Program-made: the position numbers and the translations under genes
The notes under the pieces: model-generated
Told to the model about the DNA's origin: nothing
Databases searched by the model: none
The model's input: only the letters and a program-made list of their open reading frames with translations
Assembly: GCF_018350175.1 (NCBI RefSeq)
Contig: NC_058368.1
Coordinates: forward strand, 107,820,001-107,884,000
Source of the DNA: Felis catus
Lineage: Eukaryota
Direction: 5' to 3'
Length of the DNA: 64,000 nt
Shown here: piece after piece, positions 37,273 to 50,463 of the stretch
Layout of the letters: every line of letters starts with the position of its first letter
Numbering within the stretch: the stretch's first letter is position 1

Positions 37273-37849
37273 TGGGGAAGAGTTTGAGAGACATTTATAT
37301 AAAAAAGTGGTGAGCCCACAAAGGGAAAGAATTTGAATCTCATGAAAAAGAATGTTATTACCCAAAAGTCAATCAAGAGAAAGTTTTATGGGTGCTAGCT
37401 TTGTTTCAAAGTCTGTGTAAGTAATTTATCGTGTAATTGCCTTTCTATATCATTTTTTTTCTTTTCAGTGGCATCTTCCTGGAAGAACTTTATACTGGAG
37501 AACAGTTGAAGCTCACCATTCTGGGACCCCAGGTAGGTTTGCCCAGAACTGGAACAACTCTTATTTGCTGTTTAGTTTCCTGTCCATTCCTTACCACCCT
37601 GGAGGACTAGTACTGTCCAGAATGGGAATAGAACAAGGCATCTGCTTCTTGGCCATTAGCAATTTTCTGTTTCCAGAGGCTTGATGGGATTCACTTGTCT
37701 TCAGAATATTACAAATGATGTATTTATAGGAGAGAGTTGGGATCATTCTGTCCTAATTTCAGGAGGGACTTCATTTTTCACACTTGGAAGCTACTCATTT
37801 GTCATGGTGAATGAGTTATTTGAGTTTTTTAGGAGATTTTATTTTCTAG

Positions 37850-38642
37850 AGCCTCAATATATCCACCATAATGATATCATAAAAAGCATGTTCACTGCCT
37901 TAAAACCCTTTGGCTCCACCTATTCATTCTTCCTATTCCACCAGCCCCTGGCAATCACTGTTCTTTTTACCATTTCCATAGTTTTATCTTTTCCAGAATG
38001 TCATATCGTTGGAATCATACAGGATGTAGCCTTTTCACATTGGCTTTTTTCACTTTGTAATATTCATTGAAGATTCCACCATGTCTTTTTATGGCTTGAT
38101 AGCTCATTTCATTTTGGTGCTAATATTCCACTGTCTGGATGTACTACAGTTGTGTTTTACCCATTCAATCAAGACATCTTGATTGCCTTCCAAGTTTTGT
38201 CAGTTATTAATAAAGCTGGTATAAACATCCATGTGTGGGTTTTGGGGTGCACATGAGGCTTAAGCTCCTTCAGGTAAATACCAAGGAGCAGTTATTGGAT
38301 CCTATGGAAAGAGTGTTTAGTTTTGCAAGAAACCACCCAACTGTCTTCCAAAATGACCATATGATTTTGTGTTCTCACCAGCAATGAATGAGAGTTCCTG
38401 AATATGGTGTTTCAGTGTTCTAGACTCCAGTCATTATAATAGGGGTGTAGTGGCATCTCACTGTTGTTTAAATTTGCATTTCCCTGGTGACATATGAGGC
38501 TGAAGATCTTTCATATGCTTACTTCCTACCTGTATGTCTTCTTTGATGAGATTTCTACTAAGGTCTTTGGCCTATTTTCAAATTAGGTTGTTTATTTTCT
38601 TATTGTTTAGTTTTAAGATTTCTTGGTATACTTTAGACAGAT
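37850..38642 (-). mobile_element. L1MC/L1MB-type fragment
   Basis: TTTTCCAGAATGTCATATCGTTGGAATCATACAG, CTGTCTTCCAAA, TTGCATTTCCCTGGTGAC. Confidence 0.75.
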
Positions 38643-38819
38643 AGTTTTTGAACATGTACATTAATTGTCAGCTCTCTCAGTGTAATTCTCGCTATGTGGC
38701 ATTGTTGGAAATAATTTAGCAAAACAACGGATTAGGAATAAATCTCTAGATTTTTCTCCCTAATAGGAATTAAAAGACTTTGGCAAATTGGTAAAAGGTG
38801 AAAAGAAAATTTTGTAAAA

Positions 38820-38961
38820 CTGACTGGCTCAGTCAGTTAAGCTTCCGACTCAACTTCCGCTCAGGTCATGATCTCATGCTTCATGGGATAGAGCCCCACG
38901 TTGGGCTCTGCACTGACAGCACAGAGCCTACTTGGGATTCTCTCCCTCTCTTTCTGCATCT

Positions 38962-38992
<31 letters not shown>

Positions 38993-39006
38993 CTTTTAAA
39001 AAAATA
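38820..39006 (+). mobile_element. CanSINE, slightly 5'-truncated
   Basis: TSD AAAAGAAAATTTTGTAA / AAAAGAAAATTTGGTAA. Confidence 0.9.
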
Positions 39007-40529
39007 AAAGAAAATTTGGTAACACATAAGGTGATGTGACTACATGTAGAATTCTGTTTAGAGACAGATTTTAGGCATTCTTAAACCCAAATCTCCAGAT
39101 AGTTTAACCTGAAGGACCTGTAGTAATCCTTTTGGCTACAGAAAACAAGCTCAGTACCTCTCAATAAGAGAGTCCCTGTGTTTATGTTTATATCTACCAT
39201 CAGTGGTACAAATTAGATCTTCAGTAAATATTATGGGAATAAGTGTTTTACATTATGTTGTAGTTATATATCAAAACCAAAACAAAAATTAAATTTGATG
39301 AGCTAGTGATCATTTTGAAAGAGAAATTAACTTATTTTTAAAAACTATTTCTAAAAGGAAAGGCCAAAGTTTTTTAAAGTAGATACATCCAAGGCATTAC
39401 CTATCTATATTGCTATTTGTAAATCAGTGACTTTATCTGATCTTTGTTAAATTTGCTAGACACAGTTGTAAATTCTCTGCAAAACAAGGACATCCATTTT
39501 TGTCAGTATTTGAGAGTGTGTATTGCTCATGTAATTTAAGCAGGGGGGTGACTGCAAATTCTGATGAAATGCCTGCTACTATGAGCCTTACAATAAGGAT
39601 TTCACATCCTACCCCTTCACTTTGCACACAAGATAGCATGGCACTGTGGTGATTGCCTCTGGGATTCTAAACAGGGAGGTTTGCTCCAGAAGGTCTCGCT
39701 CGTTCACTTCCAGTGTGCAACTTTGTAAGTGTTCAGGGTAGGTGGAAACAAGGGAGTGTCCAACACATAGGAGGAAAACAATTGCTCCTGTTCAACTATA
39801 GGCTGAAGGTTCCAGAGTTCTTCCATGCTTACTCTTTTGCCTCAGGCTGGCTGGGAGTACTACTGTCAGTTTCCTGAGTATTGTTTTAGGCCTTCTGAAT
39901 AAAGCCTACATGTCTTTTCAGTCACTTGAACACTCTGCTTTCTAGTCCTATGCATGGTATGTCTGGTCTTTTTATTCTCGTTGTTGAAAAGCTTAACACT
40001 ATAGGAGTCATAGTAGATTGCTTTGTATTTTGAAATCTTCAAACTACTTCACAACTTCAAGCCAGTGGCAGTCCGATCTATGTACTAAAAGCTAAAACAA
40101 AAACCCTATATGTCTTGAGAGCCTTCTGTATCCCTCTCAGCTAATCACTGCCATGTGAAATATATGTTCCCTCATGCCAATCGCTTTACCCTTCACTTGT
40201 AATTTTATAATTGTATCAGGTTAGTTTCTTCCCCTGAGTATTTCCACCTATCCTCAGAAGACAGTTTTAACACTGTAAAAGTGATCATGTTGAGCATCTG
40301 TAATAAAAAAAAATCAGGAGAACAGAGCAGAAGGAAGGGGAGATAGGAATCCCATATCAGGATTGGAGCAGAGCATCCAGAGGGAACTGCCAGTAAGAAA
40401 GTAAAGGAATAGGATAGTAAAGGAAAGAAATAAACTTCTGGGAAATAGAAAGTGACTGAGAGGTTGCTATGGAGTGATAAAAAAGTAGTGGAGGAATCAC
40501 AACCTAGAGTACATTCTAAAGAAGTGGAG

Positions 40530-43372
40530 AAAGAGTGAAAGTTTGACCTCCTCCTAGCCGATTTGGATGCCTTTTATTTCTTTGTGTTGTCTGATTGCTG
40601 GGGCTAAGACTTCCAATACTATGTTGAATAACAGTGCTGAGTGGACATCCCTGTCTTGTTCCTGACCTTAGGGGAAAAGCTTCAGTTTTTCCCCATTGAG
40701 GATGATATTAGTGGTGGGTCTTTCGTATATGGCTTTTATGATTTTGAGGTATGATCCTTCTATCCCTTTCTTGAGGGTTTTTATCAAGAAAGGATGTTAT
40801 ATTTTGTCAGATGCTTTCTCGGCATCTAGAGAAGATCCTATGGTTCTTGTCCTTGCTTTTATTAATGTGATGAATCACACTGATTGTTTTGTGGATATTC
40901 AACCATCCCTGCATCCCAGGTATAAATCCCACTTGGTCGTGGTGAATAATTTTTTTAATGTATTGTTGGATCTGGTTGGCTAATATCTTGATGATTTTTT
41001 GCATCCATGTTCATCAGGGAAATTGGTCTATAGTTCTCCTTTTTAGTGGGGTCTATGTCTGGTTTTGGAATCAAGGTAATGCTGGCTTCATAGATAGAGT
41101 TTGGAAGTTTTCCTTCCATTTCTATTTTTTGGAACAGCTTCAACAGAATAGGTATTAGCTCTTCTTTAAATGTTTGGTAGAATTCCCCTGAAAAGCCATC
41201 TGGCCCTGGACTCTTGTTTTTTGGGAGATTTTTGACTACTAATTCGATTTCTCACCAAAAAACTGCTAGGACTGATTCATGAATTCAGCAAAAGTTGCAG
41301 TATATAAAATCAGTGCACAGAAATCGGTTGCATTCCTATACACCAACAATGAAGCAACAGAGAGAGAAATCAAGGAATCGATCCCATTTACAATTGCAGC
41401 AAAAACCATAAAATACCTAGGAATAAATCTAACCAAAGAGGTGAAAAATCTATGCACTAAAAACTATAGAAAGCTTATGAAAGAAATTGAAGAAGACACA
41501 AAAAAATGGAAAAATAGTCCATGCTCCTGGATAGGAAGAACAAATATTGTTAAAATGTGAATACTACCCAAAGCAATCTACATAGTCAATGCAATCCCTA
41601 TCAAAATAATACCAGCATTCTTCACAGAGCTAGAACAAACATTCCTAAATTTGTATGGAACCAGAAAAGACCCCGAAAAAAAAGGGGGTGCCTGGGTGGC
41701 TCGGTTGGTTAAGCTTCTGACTTTAGTTCAGGTCATGATCTCAGCCCACATCAGACTCTGTGCTAACAGCTCACAGCCTGAAGCCTGCTTCATTTTCTGT
41801 GTCTCCACCTCTCTCTGCCCCTCCCATGTTCACATTCTGTCTCTCTGTGTCTCAAAAACAAACATTAAAAAAATTTTTTTAAAAAGACTCCTAATAGCCA
41901 AAGCAATCTTGAAAAAGAAAACCAAAGCAGGAGGCATCACAATCCCAGACTTCAAGCTATACTACAAAGCTGTAATCCTCAAGACAGCATGGTACTGGCA
42001 TAGAGAACCCAGAAATGGACCCACAAACATATGGTCAACTAATCTTTGACAAAACAGGAAAGAATATCCAATGGAATAAAGACAGTCTCTTCAGCAAGTG
42101 GTGCTGGGAAAACTGGACAGTGACAATCAGAAAAATGAACCTGGACCACTTTCTTACACCATACACAAAAATAAACTCAAAATGGATGAAAGACCTCAAT
42201 GTAAGACAGGAAGCCATCAAAATCCTCAAGGAGAAAGCAGGCAAAAACCTCTTTGACCTCAGATGCAGCAACTTCTTACTCAACAAATTTCTAGAGGCAA
42301 GGGAAATAAAAGCAAAAATTAACTATTGGAACCTCATCAAAATAAAAAGCTTCCGCACAGCATTGGAAATGATCAGCAAAGCTAAAAGGCAACCGACAGA
42401 ATGGGAGAAGATATTTGCAAACGACATATCAGACAAAGGGTTAGTATCCAAAATCTATAAAGAATTTATCAAACTCAACACCAAAAAACAAATAATCCAG
42501 TGAAGAAATGGGCAAAAGAGATGAATAGACACTTCTCCAAAGAAGACATCCAAATGGCCAACCAACACTTGAAAAAATGCTCCACATCACTCATCATCAG
42601 AGAAATACAAATCAAAACCACAATGAGATACCACCTCACACCTGTCAGAATGGCTAAAATTAACAACTCAGGAAAAAACAAATGTTGAGGATATGGAGAA
42701 AGGGGAACCTCCTCTTGCACTGCTGGTGGGAATGCAAACCGGTGCAGCCACTCTGGAAAACAGTATGGAGGTTCATCAAAAAATAAAAAAATAGAACTCC
42801 CTGTGACCCAGCAATTGCACTTCTAGGTATTTATCCAAGGGATACAACAAGCCCCTGTTTCAGAGGGGCACATGCATCCCAATGTTTCTAGCAACACTAT
42901 CAACAATAGCCAAAGTATGGAAAGAGCCCACATGTCCATCGATGGATGAATGGATAAAGAAGATGTGGTATATCTATACAATGGAGTATTACTGGGCAAT
43001 CAGAAATAATGACATCTTGCCATTTGCAAATACGTAGATGGAACTAGAGGGTATTATGCTAAGCGAAATTAGTCAGAGAAAGACAAATATCAGATGACTT
43101 CACTCATGTGAGGACTTTAAGATACAAAACAGATGAACATAAGGGAAGGGAAGCAAAAATAATATAAAAACAGGGAGGGGGACAAAAACATAAGAGACTC
43201 TTAAGTATGGAGAACAAACAGAGGGTTACTGGAGGGGTTGTGGGGGGGATGGGCTAAATGGGTAAGGGGCACCAAGGAATCTACTCCTGAAATCATTGTT
43301 GCACTATATGCTAACTAACTTGGATGTAAATTTAAAAAATAAATACAAAAATAAAAAGTAAAAGAAAAAAAA
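40530..43372 (+). mobile_element. Carnivore/felid L1, 5'-inverted (antisense 40530-41252, sense 41253-43372)
   Basis: Minus ORFs with [10 protein letters not shown] and [10 protein letters not shown]; plus ORFs with KYLGINLTK through the 3'UTR and A-tail at ~43335-43372; SINE inserted at 41684; no TSD found. Confidence 0.92.
41684..41881 (+). mobile_element. CanSINE in L1 ORF2
   Basis: TSD AAAAGACCCCGAA / AAAAGACTCCTAA. Confidence 0.9.
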
Positions 43373-43689
43373 GCAAACCTCTCTAAAAGGGATCTGGGAA
43401 GAGCCAAGGGGGGGTGGGCGGGGCAGGGAAAAGAAGAGATAAAAACAAAGAGAAAGAAGATCTTATAAATTAGAGTAAAATTACTGAAATAAAACATAAA
43501 AAGATCTGGGAGACAAAGTTAAGACAATTTCTAAGATTGTAAAATGAAATGAATACAAACCTATAGAGTGACGTGTAAGTTTACCAAGTTGAAAAGTTTG
43601 AAAATCCTCAATGGGACTTGATAAAATGGAAATTCGCTATTACCTCACAATTAATAAATATCCACATTATTTTAAAATGGAACTATTTT

Positions 43690-43876
43690 GGGACTCCTAG
43701 ATGGGTCAGTCAGTTTGTTGTCCGACTTCAGCTCAGGTCATGATCTCATGGTTTGTGGATTCGAGCTCCATGTCAGGCTCTGCGCTGTGAGCACAGAACT
43801 TGCTTCAGATCCTCTGTCCATCTCTCTCTCTCTCTGTTTCTGTCTCAAAAATAAATGAACATTTTTTTAATCCAAA

Positions 43877-43917
<41 letters not shown>
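43690..43917 (+). mobile_element. CanSINE with (AAAT)n tail
   Basis: TSD AAAATGGAACTATTTT / AAAATGGAACCATTTT. Confidence 0.92.
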
Positions 43918-43919
<2 letters not shown>

Positions 43920-43934
43920 AATGGAACCATTTTT

Positions 43935-44181
43935 GCATGTCCATAGTTTTCACTTCAGGTACCTTTGCCGCAAGCAGTTTCACTACATGACTAATTGGCC
44001 ATAAGGCAATTCCGTCTTCCAGAATAACCATTTGACAGTCAGTTTCAGTTTTACATTGATGTGGTACTCCCATTTTTATATTATGTAAATAGTAGCCCTC
44101 ATAATTTTAGTTACACAGTGAAAATGTATGTGGCAAAAATGCTTGTGGCAAAGACGTTTATGGCACAACTTCCTAGAACCC
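43935..44181. mobile_element. Non-autonomous DNA-transposon relic with inverted subterminal repeats (MER99/MER121-like; family unverified)
   Basis: CTTTGCCGCAAGCA on the left versus TGCTTGTGGCAAAG on the right; flanking direct repeat CCATTTTTG. Confidence 0.55.
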
Positions 44182-44349
44182 CATTTTTGGATTCCAGAAG
44201 GCTCTCAACTGCCCTTTCTCTGGTTAGTGGAAAGATGTTGCCCAGTTCCATAGGGCATATACCCTGGAAATGTGGATGTTGCTTTTGGACTTCGAATAAA
44301 GTCAGCTTTGAAATATTTTTGAAATATATACTTCATAATGCCAGAAACG

Positions 44350-44800
44350 TTAAGCTGTATATAACTGGAAACCTAATCAATGATGTCTTCAACAAACAGC
44401 AATTTGTTTTGTTCCCCAAGCAAGAAGTCAGATGTGGGTGGTTGTAGGTATTGGTTCAACTGCTTAAAGATACTACCAAGACCCCCATGCTCTTATTGTC
44501 CTTCCCTTCTTCTATCCTTACCTGTTGCCTTTAATTCTTGCCCTTGTCATCTCTTGGAGATATCCTCACACAAATATTCTAACAAAGAAGACAGCTCTTT
44601 GTCTTCTCGGAAAGGAAACTCTTCTTCAAACTGTCTATTGTATCTCCTTAATCAGAAATGGGCTGACTCCAGACCAGTTACTGGCAAATTGATGAAATTC
44701 CCATGACTAACTAGACCAATTATGATTCATCCTCCTGAACTGTGGGTGGGGACTCCTTCTCCTGAGACTACTTGTTAAAGGTCTGTTTATAGCGAAGAAG
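44350..44800 (-). mobile_element. Old MaLR LTR
   Basis: TCAACAAACAGCAATTTG..CAAGAAGTCAGATGTGGGTGG pattern of antisense MLT1. Confidence 0.5.
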
Positions 44801-46045
44801 GGTGACCATAGAGTAGCCAACATGCTGGCACTGCTGCAGGTGTATCCTACAAAATGTTTAATTCTCGGACTGGATATGGAGGGATAATAAAAAAGTTAAG
44901 TAAAAAAAAAGTTGAACCACACAAAATAGGAAGCCAGGAAAGATAACAAAATGACCCAAAACAGAAAGAATTCCTAAGTAGAAGATATTGGAATAAACTG
45001 TGTGTTTAAATTTTGCTTACTTAAATGTATTTGTTAAGGGAAATCCTATTTAGGCCAGTTTATTGTGTTCATTCCTTTCTGGTTAGAGTTCCATATGGCT
45101 GATGAATTAATGCCATGGAAGGAGACTAGAAAGAAAGCGCATTGTCTCAGATCCCAAGTTCTTTACTTTTCTACTCACCTCTGAACTCCTGGGAGGAATT
45201 GATGAGGTTCCATGGGGACAGCTCCTGTGTAATGTATCTCTAGCAATTTTTTTCAATTCTTCCTCAGAGGAAATCAGTGAGGTTACCTTGTTAGTTTCGC
45301 CAACAAGATTGTGACTGAGAAATCAGCAGATGCACAGAAGTTCCCATCATGCTTCTTGCTTCTCTCCTCTAAGACAGGTATTTTATGCTAGACAGTCACA
45401 TGGGGTGAATCTAATGACAACAGGCACACCCATTTCATAAAACACCCAAAAGACTTCAAAAAATAAACTGATGTCTGATCAGCTGTAATAGAGTGCCACT
45501 TTTCTTCTTTAAAGTGGTCTGAAGAATAATCAGAGGTGCTGCTGCCACTACTGATGAGGGAATAGAATGGCATCACTAAATATTCCTTACTTTGGAGGAG
45601 AAAATAATCTTAGATTTAGCTGACTATGTACTCTTTATGTCTGCCTCCTCTCCATATGTACATTTACCAGTCTATAGGAAGCCAGAGTTTTGTACTATGG
45701 TCATAATTCCTTTGGGCTGAAGTTAAGTTTATAAGCAAAGAACATACAAGAGATCTCTGAGGTTTTTAAAACCACTTTCTTTTATATTTTTATCCAGTAT
45801 CAAGCACTCTGACTGGTATCACAGAAGGTGAGGAAAAAACAAAGGCTACCACATAAACTGTGCCAAGACCATAAATAGATGGGGAGAAATATTGTTTAAA
45901 TGATTAATAAATGTTAAATTTGGGGGCTCATGTTCAATATACATAAGCATGTCACACTTTCTTCACTTACATAATGACTGGGAAGATAGGATTTTAGTTG
46001 TAGTTGCAGTACTGATGTCTGAAGTGAAAGAGCCAGGCTATGTGA

Positions 46046-46230
46046 GGGGTTCTCAAACTGTAGTGTGTATTATTAGTCTCATTTAGAGGACTTATTAAAA
46101 CACAGATTGCTGGGCCCCACCCCCAGATTTATGACCACTAAATGTGACCTGGACCAGAAAATTGCATTTTGGCAAGTTTGCTGAGGATACTTGATGCTTT
46201 GGGTCTAGGTTCCATAGTTTGGGAACCACT
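46046..46230. mobile_element. MER5A (hAT-Charlie MITE)
   Basis: GGTTCTCAAACT...AAAACACAGATTGCTGGGCCCCACCCCCAGA...TTTGGGAACCACT. Confidence 0.85.
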
Positions 46231-48921
46231 AGCTTACAGTAAATACTGCCTGATTGCATGACAACAAAGCAAAATGTAGCCCAGATTTTAAGTTTGTTCT
46301 TTCTCTGCTCATTCATATGTCTATTGGTTGTGAGCTTCTTGAGGCCAAAACCAATGTATTAGTCTGTGTTCTTCACCAGTGTCTACTGGGGTGCCTAGCA
46401 CATAATAGACAGTGCATATTTACGGGATAACCCACCCTCCATTGGCACCCTCTGATGGCTCCACTGATGCCTGATTCAAATTCTCAAAACATTTCTATCT
46501 AAAGCAATTCCACTAACACAAAATTCTTAAAGTTTCAATTCAGAAGAATATCTCAAAGAGATCATGTCTTTGGTTCCATGGATCACTTTATGCTTTCATT
46601 GATTTGAAGACAAATAATCATTGTTGCAGTTGAAGGAAAATGAAATACGACAATAAGATACAGTGTGAGTGTACATAAAAATAATAATCTTAGCTCCAAA
46701 AAGCACTATCATACCCAGGCTATTTTATAAGGTATAATGAAAAGTAATAATTTAACCTCCTATATTGCAAGCAATTTCACTTTAATATTTTTATTCATTT
46801 ATGCAACTGGCATTTATTACTCTTTCAAATAAGTTATTCCTCCTTTATCCTTCTTTGGTACCTGATTATACTTCTGTTATGGCATTTACCACACTTTATT
46901 CAAAAAAATTTTTTTCATGTATATTTTCCACAGTAGTCATGTAGTCTCTTAAAGTATATCCCCGTGGGTTAGGCTTGGTATTGGAAATATTAAAAACAAG
47001 CATCACAGAGTCATTGCCTTAAAAAACTTTCCATTTGAGAAGATGAGATAAGAATGTACATTACATACTTATTTAGAATCACGAACACTTGTAATATTCT
47101 ATGTATATTTCTACTTCACTAGACATCTTAAAACTATTTGAACAGAAAAGATCCTAATCAACTTGACAGCAAGGACAGAGGGTCTCATGCAGTCTTGTAA
47201 AATGTCCTATCATAGTAAATGCTCAATGAGTCGTTGTTGAATTTAATGATATAATATGACAGGCATATGGAAGGCTTCCGAGGGCAGGAACCATATTCTA
47301 TCTACGTACGTCTTTGGCATCTTGCACAGCACCTTACGTATTGTTAAGAAGTTGGAATACCTGTAAGTTCTCAGGCACCTTAACTTTTTCAGCTCCAAAG
47401 TGTTGTAGCTCTATCAATAATTAATGAGTCTAAAAGAGAGAAACTCCTGGCTAGTAATCTTAAAATCAGAAGCCTTGCACTGAGGTCCGAAAATGGCACG
47501 GTGCTGTATTTAAAACAGCAACAAGAAAATCAAATAGGGAAGTTACAGTCTCCACCGATACTAAAATAGGGTGTTATAGGTGGATAAGGGAACCAAGAAT
47601 TTTATCAGGTCTTTTCCTGGGCCTCGTTGCACAGGCAAAGAGTAGAATAACTAAAACAAATAAGAGTGAAGACATGAACTTCTTTCTACCCACCCCCCAA
47701 AACCAGAGGATTTGTGGATGCTTAACATAAACTACTGAATTGTTCATTGGCTAATGTCTCCAGAGTCATGGTTTATTAGCTTTGGCAATGTTGCTTTATG
47801 TTTAAGTTCAGATTAGGCTGGTGTACAAGAAGTGACGATATTGAGGAATGTTTAAAAAAAAATTCTACCTCACATTGCCAACTAACAGGGAAAAAAGATA
47901 TTTCATGGCTACATCTAAGTAACTAAAAATGTGCTGACGTGTTAACACAAAAACTCCTACAGTGTATGAAGAAATGTGTTATATTCGTCATCTTACCATG
48001 GAGCCAAGATTACATAAATTTTGATATTTATAAATCATAGCACTGAAAGAAGGACCAACTATCCATATTGACTTGATTTGCTTTATTTTCTGAACTTGTT
48101 AGTAGAGATGCAGATGAACTTGGTAACACAGTATGATTGTATAGGTTGGCATTTAGGACATCTTTTGATCTGTGCCTCTGATTTTGTGTGATTTTACACA
48201 ATGTGCCCCATCCACTTCCTGAATGGTATTGCTGTACCTGTGCTTTCTGGGTGAGAATGCCTTGGACTAATGGGAAAGAGCCATGTGCGTGTTTGATGAA
48301 AAGAAGGAAAGTAGGAATTTTAAATACTTATATTCTGCAATCACATATACACCCCTAATGATATACCTTCTGTCCATTTTCTATCACACGAGACCACCTC
48401 TTTCATTGTGAAATAAACCTAAATCATAATATTGCTAGGTGAATAAGTCTGCATGCAAACATCCTATATAAACAACCATTGTACATAAGGGTGCTATGGA
48501 CTTTTTAAAAAATCTCACTTTATTTTTGATCCATTAAACATCCACACGTTTTCTTAGTTTTGAAAAATACTGCATAGAGGACATTTTATAGCATATAGGT
48601 TATAGAAACCCAGATTTCTGGTCATAATTTGTTTTAGTGTTTAAGAGAAATTGCAAAGCCCTACTTTTCTATCATGGGGAAGCTTGAAAACATTTTTTTA
48701 CATTGAGAGGATTTCTCCTACTCTGAAATGATGTATACTGTGGAGGGTAGGGTAGATTCTCAGCAAAATGGCCTATACTGCTATTCCTACCTCCCACAGC
48801 TCATCGCAGATGTAGCTTCTTTTTTTGGTCAGTTCAGATTCAGTCTAAGAACGCTTCTCCATACATGCTCTAGGTAGCCACCATCAACTGATGAGTGGTG
48901 GCACTAAAATAAAAGCCTTTT

Positions 48922-49146
48922 TGGGTCACCTGCATGACTAAGTGGCTAAGCCTCAGACTTCGGCTCTGGTCATGATCTTGCAGTTCCTGAATTCGAGTCT
49001 TGTGTCAGACTCTGTATGGACAGCTCAGAGCCTAGAGCCTGCTTCGGATTCTGTGTCTTCCTCTTCTCTACCCCTCCCCTGCTTGTGCTCTCTCTCTCTT
49101 TCTCTCTCAAAAATAAATTAAAAGAAATGTTTAAAAATTTTTTTTA
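48922..49146 (+). mobile_element. CanSINE
   Basis: TSD AAAAGCCTTTT. Confidence 0.9.
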
Positions 49147-49519
49147 AAAAGCCTTTTGCTCTTTGGTTCAAGGTTTCATTATCTCTCAAGAATGAAACTC
49201 AGCATCTGAGATCCAAAGATATACGTACAAACCTGGACCCCCAAGCAAAACTGATAAAATTTTAAAGCACACAGATTTCCCTTTCCCTAAAAATGCAAAA
49301 GCTACTTAGCAGAATTTGCAATAAGAGGAAACAAAAATTGGGGCATATTTTTCCTTTTCACACCCAACTTGAAGCTGGATTTAATTGCCGCTCAACCTGG
49401 ATAATGCATTGCTATTTAGTTGATCATTTTCAGCAACTACAGCAAGGTCAGTATGTTGATCTGAAGGGGGAAGAAATGTAAGTAACATTAAATATCTTGT
49501 TTGTCAACATGAATATCTT

Positions 49520-49700
49520 CTGTATTTTTAAAAATCTTATGTTTTTACCTCATAACAGTCCTTCTCGGGAGGAATAATAAATCTCATGTTTACTGTGGAG
49601 GAAATGAGACCCTGTGAGATTGAATTACTTGCTCAAGTCATACACCTTTAAGTGGCAAAGCTCAAATCCAAATTTACAACCGTCTACAAGAACCTTGGTT
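49520..49700 (-). mobile_element. MIR
   Basis: TTTACTGTGGAGGAAATGAGAC..TTACTTGCTCAAGTCATAC core. Confidence 0.7.
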
Positions 49701-49972
49701 GTTTTATGAAACCTTAAAGATTTTATTTGTTCCTTTGCTTATACTCTGTAAGATTCCAAACTGAGTTAACAGATTCTGAATGAGTCAACTCATAGATTAG
49801 GACTTCTGGATTCTTCCAACCATCTCCTTAAGTTATGCCTATGTTCCTGCATTAGACTCAGAAGAAAGGAATTAACCTGCCATTATGGTAAAAAAGTAAT
49901 AATACTATATCAACATAATGCCATGTAAAATAAAAATAATGCTCAACATATTTTCTTTAAATATTGGCTATT

Positions 49973-50463
49973 CTGAATCTTAGACAACCTTAAAAAAAAA
50001 AAAAAAAGAATAAGATCTTGCCATTTGGTTCAAGATGGATGCACCAGGAGGGTATTTTATTAAGTGACATAAGTCAGACTGAGAAAGACAAATTGCCATA
50101 TGAGTGGAATCTAAAAACCAAAATGAATTAATAAATGAGGAAACAAAAGAAGAATCAGAAGTATAAAAATAGAGAACAAACTGATGGTTGCCAGACGGGA
50201 GAGCAGTGAGGAGATGGACAAAATGGGTGAAGGGAAGTGGGCGATACAGGCTTCCAGTTATGAAATGAATAAGTCACAAGAATAAAAGGCACAGCATAGG
50301 GAATACAGTCACTGCCATTGTAATGGCATTGTATGGTGACAGAGGGTAGACAAGCTGGTAGTGAACATAACATGAAGTTTAGAGAAGATGAATCACTTAT
50401 GTTGTATACTTGAAATTAATGTCACATTGTGTATCAACTATACTCAGATTTATAATTTATAAA
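49973..50463 (+). mobile_element. L1 3'-end (L1MA9/L1_Carn-like)
   Basis: GATCTTGCCATTTG..AAGTCAGACTGAGAAAGACAAA..; TSD TAAATATTGGCTATT at 49958-49972 and 50464-50478. Confidence 0.85.

Noticed and set aside
37681..38070. 129-aa ORF
   Set aside because: The second half lies in an antisense L1M fragment; no recognisable protein similarity.
44061..44706. Overlapping 128-aa and 108-aa ORFs
   Set aside because: They run across a DNA-transposon relic and an MLT1 LTR; no recognisable domain.
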